Source: Thermodesulfobacteriota bacterium
Lineage (GTDB): Bacteria > Desulfobacterota_D > UBA1144 > Nemesobacterales > UBA2774
Assembly: GCA_965223335.1 (NCBI GenBank)
Contig: OZ244991.1
Span: 1,824,001-1,888,000, forward strand
Reading direction: 5' to 3'
Length of the DNA stretch: 64,000 nt
The notes beneath the pieces were generated by a model. It searched no databases. It was given only the letters and a program-made list of their open reading frames with translations, and was not told the DNA's origin. The position numbers were made by a program, and so were the translations under genes. Numbering within the stretch: position 1 is the first letter of the stretch; the number at the start of each line of letters is the position of its first letter. Below are positions 9,442 through 18,506 of the stretch, piece by piece.

Positions 9442-11154
9442 GTGGGAGATGGTATGAGTCTGCGCAAAAGCCATATTTGCCTTTTTCTAATCCTTGCGGT
9501 TTTTTCTTTTGATACCGCTATTGCAAACCCTGTATTGGGCAAGGTCTCGATACAGTCGTCAAAAAACGGGAAGTTTGAGGTAAAGCCACTTATTTCGGGC
9601 AGTAAATTATCACTTGATGGAAGAGCAATAATCAAACTTTCATCAGGCACTTTGATTCTAGACAAAGACTCGGTAATTCAAGCAAATGGCACCGATGATA
9701 ATGTATCGATTGATCTCGTGCAGGGTGTGATGGCATTTCGTGTGTATCCCGATAGAGCACGCCTTTCGATCAATACTGACCATGGAATAATCAAGACCAA
9801 AGAAATAATTAGAACTACTACCGCTATTGCCGAGGGCAAAGTAGACAGCACTGCCGGGTCTAAAACAGTCGTTACACTTTTTCAGGGTGAGGTGGAATTA
9901 GTAAATCAAAACGGTAAGCTCGATTTAAATCCCGGCGAGATGGTTACACTCACAGACGAAAACAGTAAGATGTCTCAAAATGGAAATAATCAATACGCAA
10001 GTGCCGAATCTACGAGCGGTTCCCAAACACAGTCGACCGGCATTAATGGACTTCCCGAGGGATTGATGGACTTGATGTCGCTAATCGGCAGTTTTGGTCT
10101 TACTCGTACCGAGCTTGTGCCCGACGGTGTTGTTGCGGTAACCAATAAGGCAGAAAATATGAACTCAAAGGTAGTTGATTATGCACTACAACCAATGCCG
10201 GCAGGGCTTGCGGAGGGCCGCTCAGTAAAGGTTGTGTGCGTAAAGCCCAAGGGAGAAGACGAAAAAGAGATCTTGGTAAGGGCTGTGGATTCGTATTATC
10301 CCGAGAATACACTTGAGATAGATATGATAGGTGCCGAGGTAGTGGCCGAGGAAAGTATCTCTCCATTTGGTTTTTCAAAACTTACCGATAGTACAACTGG
10401 ACGGAGCATAAAAAATTGGAACACAGTGGTAGTTGACGAGGATATGAACCCTACGTCGAGTGACGATATAGCTCGGGGCACGGAATTAAACGTTATCTGC
10501 ATAAGGTCAACGCTTATATTACAGCCGGTTGATGTTGCAGCTACGGAGGATTTAGCTCTGGTAGGCAAGAGTGTGATGACTACAACCGGTCTAAGCCCAG
10601 GCGGCACAGTAACTGTAAACGGGCTTAGCAAACAAGCCCTTTATGTGGATCTCAATCTAAACCCTGTAGACAATGTAAACATGCCCGAGGGCTCAACGCT
10701 TGAGGTCGTGGCAGTTAAACGCGACGGTTCAGGTGAGCCGGTTCTGTTGGTTCAAAAAGAGCAAGACGTATTGAAAGAGGTTGGTTATGCGAAGGGCAAT
10801 AGAGTTAGCTCTATTGCAGAGTTCAACGACCAAGGGATTTTCCGCCTTAACGGATCTAAGTGGTGGGGTAGGGTTGTGGACGCCGAGTTTAACCCTATTG
10901 CGGGGACATACTCGGCTAATACCGAGTTTGTTGTGGTCGGTGTAGATACTACCTTGTTGGTAAACACCCCCAAAGCACTTTTAGCGTTTTGGGAGGCCGG
11001 GGCCCCTGTGGTAACTGGCACGACCCAGACAATCGCTGCGGTATCTGCAATTGGTGCGATATCTGTATTTACCCCGGTTGCAGGTGCGGGCGCTGCTACG
11101 ATTCTTATTGAGGGCCCGGCTTCGGACCCGCCTGCTTCAAACGTAGCTCCATAA
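9442..11154 (+). CDS. Secreted protein: FecR-like N-domain, four NfeD-like OB-fold repeats, C-terminal hydrophobic tail
   Basis: Signal peptide ending AIA; FecR-like 'IDLVQG...TVVTLFQGEVEL...LNPGE'; four LIG/LVG...P.G.V...V..V..L.V repeats; C-terminal Ala/Gly-rich hydrophobic segment. Confidence 0.65.
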   Translation: MGDGMSLRKSHICLFLILAVFSFDTAIANPVLGKVSIQSSKNGKFEVKPLISGSKLSLDGRAIIKLSSGTLILDKDSVIQANGTDDNVSIDLVQGVMAFRVYPDRARLSINTDHGIIKTKEIIRTTTAIAEGKVDSTAGSKTVVTLFQGEVELVNQNGKLDLNPGEMVTLTDENSKMSQNGNNQYASAESTSGSQTQSTGINGLPEGLMDLMSLIGSFGLTRTELVPDGVVAVTNKAENMNSKVVDYALQPMPAGLAEGRSVKVVCVKPKGEDEKEILVRAVDSYYPENTLEIDMIGAEVVAEESISPFGFSKLTDSTTGRSIKNWNTVVVDEDMNPTSSDDIARGTELNVICIRSTLILQPVDVAATEDLALVGKSVMTTTGLSPGGTVTVNGLSKQALYVDLNLNPVDNVNMPEGSTLEVVAVKRDGSGEPVLLVQKEQDVLKEVGYAKGNRVSSIAEFNDQGIFRLNGSKWWGRVVDAEFNPIAGTYSANTEFVVVGVDTTLLVNTPKALLAFWEAGAPVVTGTTQTIAAVSAIGAISVFTPVAGAGAATILIEGPASDPPASNVAP

Positions 11155-11205
11155 TTTATAAATGTTATTGAGGAAATATTCTAAGTTTCTATGCTGGGGA
11201 ATTAA

Positions 11206-12246
11206 GTGGACATAATTAGTCAAACAAAATTAAGATACCTTGGATTAATTCAGTCGTTTCTACTTGCTATCATACTTGTCAGTTGTGCGTCGAGCGGGGG
11301 TAATGTCGAGGATCTCTCAGCAGAGAACTCTCAGTCGAGGATCGAGTCTTCTCAAGAGGTAAGCGAACTAAACTCTAAGATATTCAAGGAAGGAGCGGCA
11401 CCTCCTATATCCCCAGGGGACTATATAATAGGGCCTTCTGACCTGCTGGATATAAAGGTGTTTGAGTCCGACAAGCTTTCTAGCACCGTAAGGGTGAGTT
11501 CCAGAGGGTTTGTGACATTACCGCTTGTAGGCAATGTGGAGGTAAGTGGGCTAAGCACTAGAGAGAGCGAACAAAAGATAGAGCAATTATTAAAAGCAGA
11601 GGGCTATATTAGAGACCCCCACGTTAGCGTTTTTATACAGGAACATAAGAGCAAGGTGATCTCTGTGATGGGCAACGTCAAAGAACCGGGCAACTATGAG
11701 TTGCTGGGTGCGCAGACCCTGCTGGACGCCCTTGCGAATGCTAAGGGACTCACCGATAGTGCGGGCAATACTATATACATAACTCGGGTGGGTAACCAGG
11801 GCGAGAGAAAATCAATTATGGTAGACATTGACGAGATACTCAGAAGGGGTGCTGACCCCGAGTACAATGTATATGTGAGGCCCGGGGATGTCATTTTTGT
11901 GCCCGAGTCGGGCAATATATTTGTTGAAGGTGCTGTGCTTAAGCCGGGATCATATCCTATTAAAGGAGACGCCACGGTTAGTCAGGTCATATCTCAGGCA
12001 GGGGGTGTAGCGAGCTTTGCGGACAAAGGTGACGTCACGCTTATTCGCTATGAGGGTAACGGCGAGAGGAATATAGTTGAGCTCAATTTAGCAGAGATCA
12101 GAGAGGGTGCGCAGGAGGACCCGATGGTGCAGGATCGCGATGCAATCATAGTCGGGAGCAGTGGTCTTAAGAGGTTGCTCTATGGTTTTAGAATAAGCCT
12201 TGGCTATGGATTGGTGGGCGTAGGTTACGATCCGCCTGATAAGTAG
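11206..12246 (+). CDS. wza: Polysaccharide export OPX lipoprotein (Poly_export + SLBB)
   Basis: Lipobox LVSC; DYIIGPSDLLDIKVF, LPLVGNV, VMGNVKEPG, GAVLKPGSY. Confidence 0.9.
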   Translation: MDIISQTKLRYLGLIQSFLLAIILVSCASSGGNVEDLSAENSQSRIESSQEVSELNSKIFKEGAAPPISPGDYIIGPSDLLDIKVFESDKLSSTVRVSSRGFVTLPLVGNVEVSGLSTRESEQKIEQLLKAEGYIRDPHVSVFIQEHKSKVISVMGNVKEPGNYELLGAQTLLDALANAKGLTDSAGNTIYITRVGNQGERKSIMVDIDEILRRGADPEYNVYVRPGDVIFVPESGNIFVEGAVLKPGSYPIKGDATVSQVISQAGGVASFADKGDVTLIRYEGNGERNIVELNLAEIREGAQEDPMVQDRDAIIVGSSGLKRLLYGFRISLGYGLVGVGYDPPDK

Positions 12247-12283
12247 AATACGAAAACGGATGATTTCGATAGGGTGAAGTGGA

Positions 12284-14644
12284 ATGCTGGGAGATTTAAG
12301 AAAAAATAAAAACACGAAGATCGCTAAATATAAAAAGAAAGATCTAACCACTCAAGATGAGAGCTTGCTGCCTGCGGAGTATGAAACCAAGCAGGTTGAC
12401 ATAAACATTGAGGAACCCTCCTCCACAATACAAGACTACATCGATATACTGATTAGAAGAAAATGGATCATTATCTCGTGTCTGGTGATCTCCTTGGTCA
12501 CTGTAGCCATCTCTACACTTATGATGCCCAAGATCTATAAGGCATACGGAACCATAGAGATATCTCCTATTGCGCCGCAAATAACATCATTCGAAAAAGA
12601 GTATGAACTGGCGCAATACAACTATAATTGGGAGGATCTACGCAAGTTCTATGAAACTCAATACAAAATAATTAAGAGTCAGTCACTCGCAAAAGTAGTC
12701 GTAGGAGAGCTAAAGAACAAAAATGCCTATACCAACGCCACAAACTCCGATGATGACCAGAGCCAAGGACTATTCTCTCTGATTACCGGGATTTTTGGGG
12801 ATACAAAGAATTCAGACGACAATAGCTCTAAAGAAGCTTCTCAGAAAAAATCGCTTAAACAAACAAAAGAAGAACGCAAGAGTGCTGAACTGCGTGCCGC
12901 AAGAGCATTCCTTGGGGGTATAGGGGTTAAACCCGACAGAAAGTCGCGTCTCGTAGAGATAAGCTATGAGAGCGCCGATCCTGAGTTCTCATCCCTAGCC
13001 GTGAACACCTTGATTGACAAATACATAGAATGGATATTGGTGAGAAGGCACGAATCTTCCAAAGTAGCCAAAGAATTTCTAAAAAAACAGTTAGATCAAT
13101 CCAAGGGTCGACTCGAGAGATCGGAAGAGGAGTTGAGCAAGTTTGCAAAAGGTGTTGATGTAGTGTCGTTGGATAAGGACCTCAACCTTGTCTACATCCA
13201 GTTGGAACAACTAAACAAAGCACTGGCCGAGACCGAGACAGAACGGCTTACAAAAGAGGCCATCCACAATGATTTAAATACCGGAAACTATCAATTCCTC
13301 CCACAGATAGTAAACGACGAATCGATCCAGCACCTAAACGAGACTCTGACCGAGTTAAAGGGCGAGTATGAGAACAAATCGGTTGTCTACGGCCCCAACT
13401 ATCCCGAGATTAAACAGTTAGGGGCACAGATAGCGCGCATCCAGTCAGAGATTGACCAACGCATTAACCACCTGGCAGAGAGCATTAAGCGTGATTATCA
13501 GGCAGCGCTTACCAAAGAGAATGTGCTTAGAGAAAGAACCAAAGAGCAGAATAAACGCGCTTCAATCCTAAACGATAAAGCCATACAGTACAAAATCCTA
13601 GAGCGCGAGGTCGATAGCAATAAAGCAATTTACGATACATTGCTCACAAGGCTAAAAGAGACAGAGATTACCTCGGGCATAGACACTACCAACGTTCAGG
13701 TCGTTGACTATGCCGCTACACCGAAATTTCCCTTTAAACCCAGTCTGCCACACAATTTGCTCTACGCCTTAATATTCGGATTGATGGTCGGAGGGGTTCT
13801 GGCAATAGCACTTGAGCAGCTCGACAGCACTATAAAGGATGAAGAAGAGGTCAAGCGCAGATACGCGCTGCCCGTGATGGGCTCGGTACCCTTAGTGTCA
13901 GGCGATAAAGAGGTTACAGAGAATATCGAGCAGGTAGTCTACACAGCCCCTAAATCCATTATATCCGAGTCATTTAGGGTCATTCGCACCTCTATCCTAT
14001 ACTCATCCCCTGAGCACGCTCCCGAAGCCATACTGATAACCAGCACACAGCCCCTCGAGGGTAAAACCACCTCGGCTTCAAACCTCTCACTATCCCTTAT
14101 ACAGTCGGGGCTCCGAGTGGTGTTGGTTGATGCCGATTTGCGCAAGCCGCGGATAGAGAAAATATTTCTAAAGGAGCCAAACGGGGTTGGGCTCAGTACA
14201 TACCTTGTGGGTAAGGCCGAGGTGAGCAGCCTGCTGCATAAAACGGAGTTTGAGAACCTGGATATTATCCCCTCGGGGCCTATTCCACCTAACCCTGCCG
14301 AGTTAATAGGCTCTTTAAAGATGAGGGAGCTGATCGTAAACCTTACGGAGCAATACGACCACGTCATACTCGACGGCGCACCCATATCCAACTTTGCCGA
14401 CTCGAGGCTTCTCTCGAGATATGTGGACGGGGTACTCATCGTAACGAGCGTAGGTATTACACAGCGCGAGTCCCTAAAAACAGGGATGGAGGAGATTACC
14501 AAAGTCGGTGGCAATATAATCGGCACTATTGTGAACAGAGTGGACTCTCATCGCAATAAGTTAAAGAATAGTTATTATTACTACTACAGTGATGAAGGTG
14601 AGAAGCATAAAAAGAGGCCGTCTTTACCTTCTAATAATTCTTAG
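12284..14644 (+). CDS. wzc: Polysaccharide co-polymerase / BY-kinase (Wzc/GumC)
   Basis: Two TMs flanking a coiled-coil periplasmic region; Walker A EGKTT, DADLRKP, PPNPAEL; C-terminal YYYYY cluster. Confidence 0.93.
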   Translation: MLGDLRKNKNTKIAKYKKKDLTTQDESLLPAEYETKQVDINIEEPSSTIQDYIDILIRRKWIIISCLVISLVTVAISTLMMPKIYKAYGTIEISPIAPQITSFEKEYELAQYNYNWEDLRKFYETQYKIIKSQSLAKVVVGELKNKNAYTNATNSDDDQSQGLFSLITGIFGDTKNSDDNSSKEASQKKSLKQTKEERKSAELRAARAFLGGIGVKPDRKSRLVEISYESADPEFSSLAVNTLIDKYIEWILVRRHESSKVAKEFLKKQLDQSKGRLERSEEELSKFAKGVDVVSLDKDLNLVYIQLEQLNKALAETETERLTKEAIHNDLNTGNYQFLPQIVNDESIQHLNETLTELKGEYENKSVVYGPNYPEIKQLGAQIARIQSEIDQRINHLAESIKRDYQAALTKENVLRERTKEQNKRASILNDKAIQYKILEREVDSNKAIYDTLLTRLKETEITSGIDTTNVQVVDYAATPKFPFKPSLPHNLLYALIFGLMVGGVLAIALEQLDSTIKDEEEVKRRYALPVMGSVPLVSGDKEVTENIEQVVYTAPKSIISESFRVIRTSILYSSPEHAPEAILITSTQPLEGKTTSASNLSLSLIQSGLRVVLVDADLRKPRIEKIFLKEPNGVGLSTYLVGKAEVSSLLHKTEFENLDIIPSGPIPPNPAELIGSLKMRELIVNLTEQYDHVILDGAPISNFADSRLLSRYVDGVLIVTSVGITQRESLKTGMEEITKVGGNIIGTIVNRVDSHRNKLKNSYYYYYSDEGEKHKKRPSLPSNNS

Positions 14645-15842
14645 TTTCTTTCTCATTGAAGAGACTGTGCGTCTTCAAATAGCCCCCGCTGCAATTGACC
14701 GCGGGGACCTTAAGTTCCTGGAACGAGCACTCAGTATAAATCCCGCGAGTGCAGAATTAAACTATCGAGTCGGCTGGGTGTATAGAAACCTGTTGCTAGG
14801 TGACGATAAAACTATTGAGCGGTACTTTGTTACTGCGTTAGAGAAGAGTCCTCTGCTGCCTTCTTCGTGGCTTGAGCTGTCCGAGTTATATCTCGATGCA
14901 GGAGAGAACAAAAAATCGTTAACTGCGCTTAAGATTGCCAGGGTACTAGCCCCAATGTCCCCTGCGAGGTTATGGCAGGGAGCGATAGTAGCAGTCAGGC
15001 TTAACGAAAACGATATGGCTCTGGATAACCTCAGGTTTGTGGCCAGCGCCGATGTCTCGAAACGAAACGCTGTATATGACCTTGCATGGGAGGTATTTGG
15101 TGACCCCGACACCATATTGGACCGTGTGGTAAGTAACCAGGACCTTGGCTATTATCTCGCCTATTTGGTCGGTTATAACAAGGCCGAGTATGCCCCGGGT
15201 GTATGGGAGAAAGTAAAAGAAACGGATAACGGTGAGTTGATATCGGACCAGTTGTATATTCAATATATCAACAGCCTCATACATAGAGGCATGATCACAG
15301 AATCGCAAAGGGCGTGGAACGATCGCATGGGAGAGCTCAAGGGCCACAACCTTGTATGGAACGGAGGGTTTGAGGACGAGCCGCTTCAAGGTGCATTCGG
15401 ATGGAGGCTTCATGAGTCCAAGGGGTTTCAATTCGAGTATGACTGGAAGAACAAGGTAGCTGGCGACAATGCATTGGTCGTGGAATTTGACGGTAGTGAG
15501 AACCTGGACTTTATGCACCTCGAGCAGATTGTACCGGTTCGGGTGAATACGGAATATGTATTCAGGGCTCAACTATCCTCCGAGGAATTAAGCACCGATA
15601 ATGGTATAATATGGGAGATTTATTGCCGTGCTAACTACAAAATGTTAGCGGTGACCGATCAGATTAAGGGGACAGTGGACTGGACAAGGGTTGGGGCCAC
15701 TTTTACCACACCTGGGGATTGCGACTCTGTGGTTCTGAGATTAAGGCGTCACAAGAGCAATAAGTTTGATAAATATATTGCAGGCAAATTGTGGGTGGAT
15801 GATATAAACTTGAAAACAAAAGAAAACACTTCCTATGATTAA
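14589..15842 (+). CDS. Membrane-anchored TPR protein with C-terminal carbohydrate-binding-like (CBM4/9-type) domain
   Basis: N-terminal TM; TPR-like 'ALSINPASAEL', 'ALEKSP', 'ARVLAP'; NLVWNGGFE...LWVDDI beta-sandwich. Confidence 0.7.
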   Translation: MMKVRSIKRGRLYLLIILSFFLIEETVRLQIAPAAIDRGDLKFLERALSINPASAELNYRVGWVYRNLLLGDDKTIERYFVTALEKSPLLPSSWLELSELYLDAGENKKSLTALKIARVLAPMSPARLWQGAIVAVRLNENDMALDNLRFVASADVSKRNAVYDLAWEVFGDPDTILDRVVSNQDLGYYLAYLVGYNKAEYAPGVWEKVKETDNGELISDQLYIQYINSLIHRGMITESQRAWNDRMGELKGHNLVWNGGFEDEPLQGAFGWRLHESKGFQFEYDWKNKVAGDNALVVEFDGSENLDFMHLEQIVPVRVNTEYVFRAQLSSEELSTDNGIIWEIYCRANYKMLAVTDQIKGTVDWTRVGATFTTPGDCDSVVLRLRRHKSNKFDKYIAGKLWVDDINLKTKENTSYD

Positions 15843-17505
15843 CGTCAAAAGAAAAGAGTTTGAAAAAGAAGTAAACACTATAATTGATGCGAATGACACT
15901 CGTAAACTTGTAAAGAAGTTCTCCAAAGATCTCGCATACCATTACTATTTGCTAAGCGACATCTCAAAAGGCGCCGGTTCACCTAATTGGGATGTTATTT
16001 GTGAAGCAGCTGGGGCAAAAAAAGTAGGCAATGAGTTCCCGGTCGAGCAGGCAAAGACTTTGCTTGGCTACCTCTTTCCTTATGATGAGACCCAGACCGA
16101 TTTTTATCAGGTGCTCAAAGTATCAAAGAATTCCACAGACGACGAGATCCGACAGAGCTGGATAGCTCTTATGAAAGAGCACCACCCTGACCGAATTGGA
16201 GAGGAGGGGCTCGAATTAACAAAGAAATATAACGAGGCCTATGAAGTTTTGGGTGATGCTCAAAAACGCAGGCAATACGACTCACGACAACTCCCAGAAG
16301 TGCCTGTAATCATTGAAAAAGAGGTGGCCCATGCGGGTTCGTGGAGGAACCTTAGCTACATCTTGCCTTTCGCTCTAGTCATCTTCTTGGCTCTATCGTA
16401 TATAATCGGCTCGGACCTGCTCAATAGAACGGAGAGCGATAAAAATAATTTTGCAAGGACCATAGAAGACCCGACCCTAAACGACCAAAGATTGGAAGAG
16501 AGGGTGTTTGAAACAACCAGGGGTACAAGTATCACAAGTAACGATAATGAACAGATATTAAACCCGGATAAGATTAAGCCCCCGAATATAAAGGACAAAT
16601 TACAAAAAGCTGCGGTTATTAGCAGGGCCGACAACGAAACTCAAACTGAAGCGAACGATTCTAGTATAGAAGTAGTGCAGAGCACACCCGAGACAATTAA
16701 AGACGATGGTACTGACACTGTGAGTACCGACACGGACCAAGTCTCCGGGACCGGGACAGAACCGATAACCGAGGAAAGCGCTTTAGATCAAAGCAAACAG
16801 GTTCTGGCTGACAACTCTACTCCGGTAGTCGATATCAAGAGCGACTCAGGTAAAGACGATCTGTCGGAGCAGACCGAGAAGGCTGACTCTACGGATGGAT
16901 CGGGTGCAAAAACCATTACCTACGTAGTTAAAGAGGGCGATAACCTTTGGAGTATTGCTAGACAACACGATACAAGGACTGCCAAGATACTGGCATTAAA
17001 TGACCTTGAAGACAACGAGATTAACATAGGCGATAGCTTGCTTATACCGGTTGAAGAGTACACAACAGAAGTAGCTGCCCTAGCTCCGCCGCCCGTGCAG
17101 GGGAGTGATACGGCCCAAAAGCTAATGGACGACCAATCCGTGAATGATTTTGTCTCTCAGTATGTAACTGCCTACAAACAAAGAGATTTAGACAAGATGT
17201 CGGGTATGTTTTTACCCGAGGCAAACGAGAACGGCACACCGATCTCCAAGGTTCTAAGCTCGTATAAAAAGAATTTCTCCACTCTCGATATTGTGCAATA
17301 TGAGGTACGAACCAACGAAACTATACTCAAAGACCAGAGCGCTAGGGTAAACAGCGATTTTGATGTGACGTTCAAGAACAAGAAAACTGGGAAGATAAAG
17401 AGCTCCAACGGTACGATAAGCTGGGAGCTTGAGTGGAAAAACAACGGTTGGAATATTAAAGAGATAAACTACAAGATCTTATCAACAAAAGTCCTAGATG
17501 GTTAA
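15835..17505 (+). CDS. J-domain / TM / LysM / NTF2-like multidomain protein
   Basis: DFYQVL...HHPDR...NEAYEVL...RRQYD J-domain; TM; YVVKEGDNLWSIA LysM; FVSQYVTAYKQRDLDKM...W.I NTF2-like C-terminus. Confidence 0.8.
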   Translation: MINVKRKEFEKEVNTIIDANDTRKLVKKFSKDLAYHYYLLSDISKGAGSPNWDVICEAAGAKKVGNEFPVEQAKTLLGYLFPYDETQTDFYQVLKVSKNSTDDEIRQSWIALMKEHHPDRIGEEGLELTKKYNEAYEVLGDAQKRRQYDSRQLPEVPVIIEKEVAHAGSWRNLSYILPFALVIFLALSYIIGSDLLNRTESDKNNFARTIEDPTLNDQRLEERVFETTRGTSITSNDNEQILNPDKIKPPNIKDKLQKAAVISRADNETQTEANDSSIEVVQSTPETIKDDGTDTVSTDTDQVSGTGTEPITEESALDQSKQVLADNSTPVVDIKSDSGKDDLSEQTEKADSTDGSGAKTITYVVKEGDNLWSIARQHDTRTAKILALNDLEDNEINIGDSLLIPVEEYTTEVAALAPPPVQGSDTAQKLMDDQSVNDFVSQYVTAYKQRDLDKMSGMFLPEANENGTPISKVLSSYKKNFSTLDIVQYEVRTNETILKDQSARVNSDFDVTFKNKKTGKIKSSNGTISWELEWKNNGWNIKEINYKILSTKVLDG

Positions 17506-18022
17506 CTCGGCGAGCGACTTAAACCCCCCCGCTCCTAAACTATGGTACGCGGTATACACAATTGTAAGACATGAAAAATCTGTAAACGCCTCATTGATAG
17601 ATAAGAGCGTTGAAACATTTTTGCCTACACACAAGGTGAGCAGTAAGTGGAAAGACCGTCGAAAGATTTTAGATCTGCCTCTTTTTCCCGGCTACCTATT
17701 TGTGCACGTCTCATTAGACGACCGTCTCCGGGTGCTGAGAACTAAGGGGGTTGTGAACATACTGGGTGTTAAAGGGGTGCCTACCCCTGTACCTGTGGAA
17801 CAGATAAACTCGCTCAAAACACTATTGGAGTCTGATCAAATCATAGATCCGTACCCTTACTATGACCGGGGAACCGAGGTGATAGTAACTCGGGGGCCGC
17901 TGACCGGAATCAGGGGGCGGATAGAGGAGAGGAAGGGGGAGCACAGGCTTGTGATATCGGTTGATCTGATAAAGAGAGCAGTGTCTGTAGAAGTGGATAT
18001 AGAGGATGTAGAATTATTATAG
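17498..18022 (+). CDS. UpxY/RfaH-like NusG-paralog transcription antiterminator
   Basis: WYAVYT...EK, PLFPGYLFV, KOW 'VIVTRGPLTGIRG'. Confidence 0.9.
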   Translation: MVNSASDLNPPAPKLWYAVYTIVRHEKSVNASLIDKSVETFLPTHKVSSKWKDRRKILDLPLFPGYLFVHVSLDDRLRVLRTKGVVNILGVKGVPTPVPVEQINSLKTLLESDQIIDPYPYYDRGTEVIVTRGPLTGIRGRIEERKGEHRLVISVDLIKRAVSVEVDIEDVELL

Positions 18023-18036
18023 TGTTTATTAGATGC

Positions 18037-18078
18037 ACAGTTAGAGTCACTTAATGTAAGTGAGGTAGCGGAGCTGTA
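18037..18078 (+). promoter_or_regulatory. Candidate structured antitermination (ops-like) element
   Basis: Hairpin TCACTTA-ATG-TAAGTGA followed by GGTAGCG, closed by ACAGTT/AGCTGT. Confidence 0.35.
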
Positions 18079-18181
18079 GAATTTCATTGGCATTTGTTTT
18101 TAAAATTTGCTCTTGTACTTAAATTCTGAATACTATTTTGAATTTAATCGAGTAATATATCACGCATATTCTAGAGGTGTT

Positions 18182-18457
18182 ATGAGTAATAATTCAACCG
18201 AGCAGTCACAAAACGAGTCTAATGGTTTTTTTCGTAACGCCTGGGAAGGGTGGAAAAGGATTGCGAGGAAGATCGGAGATTTCAATGCAAGGGTGATACT
18301 CACGCTTTTCTATATCCTCTTATTCAGTCCCTTTGCCATTGCTCTGAGATTGTTCAGTGATCCACTGCAGATAAAGGGCACAGAAAATCAGGGCTGGATC
18401 CCGCGCGTAGATACCGAAGAGATCACACCCTTGGAAAAAGCGACAAGGCAATTTTAA
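18182..18457 (+). CDS. SxtJ-family small membrane protein
   Basis: W..W.RIARKIGDFNARVILTLFYILLFSPF...DPL...W...RQF; GAGG before ATG 18182 (ORF track extends to 18107). Confidence 0.75.
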   Translation: MSNNSTEQSQNESNGFFRNAWEGWKRIARKIGDFNARVILTLFYILLFSPFAIALRLFSDPLQIKGTENQGWIPRVDTEEITPLEKATRQF

Positions 18458-18506
18458 CCGAACAAATTCCTTTCTTGATATATAGCTGCAAAGACGGAGT
18501 GTTTTG

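Noticed and set aside
11020..11154. PEP-CTERM or LPXTG sorting signal on the secreted protein
   Set aside because: No PEP or LPXTG motif, no basic tail after the hydrophobic segment, no exosortase or sortase in window
18107..18181. Extended N-terminus of the SxtJ-like ORF from TTG 18107
   Set aside because: AT-rich, non-protein-like stretch; ATG 18182 has a GAGG RBS
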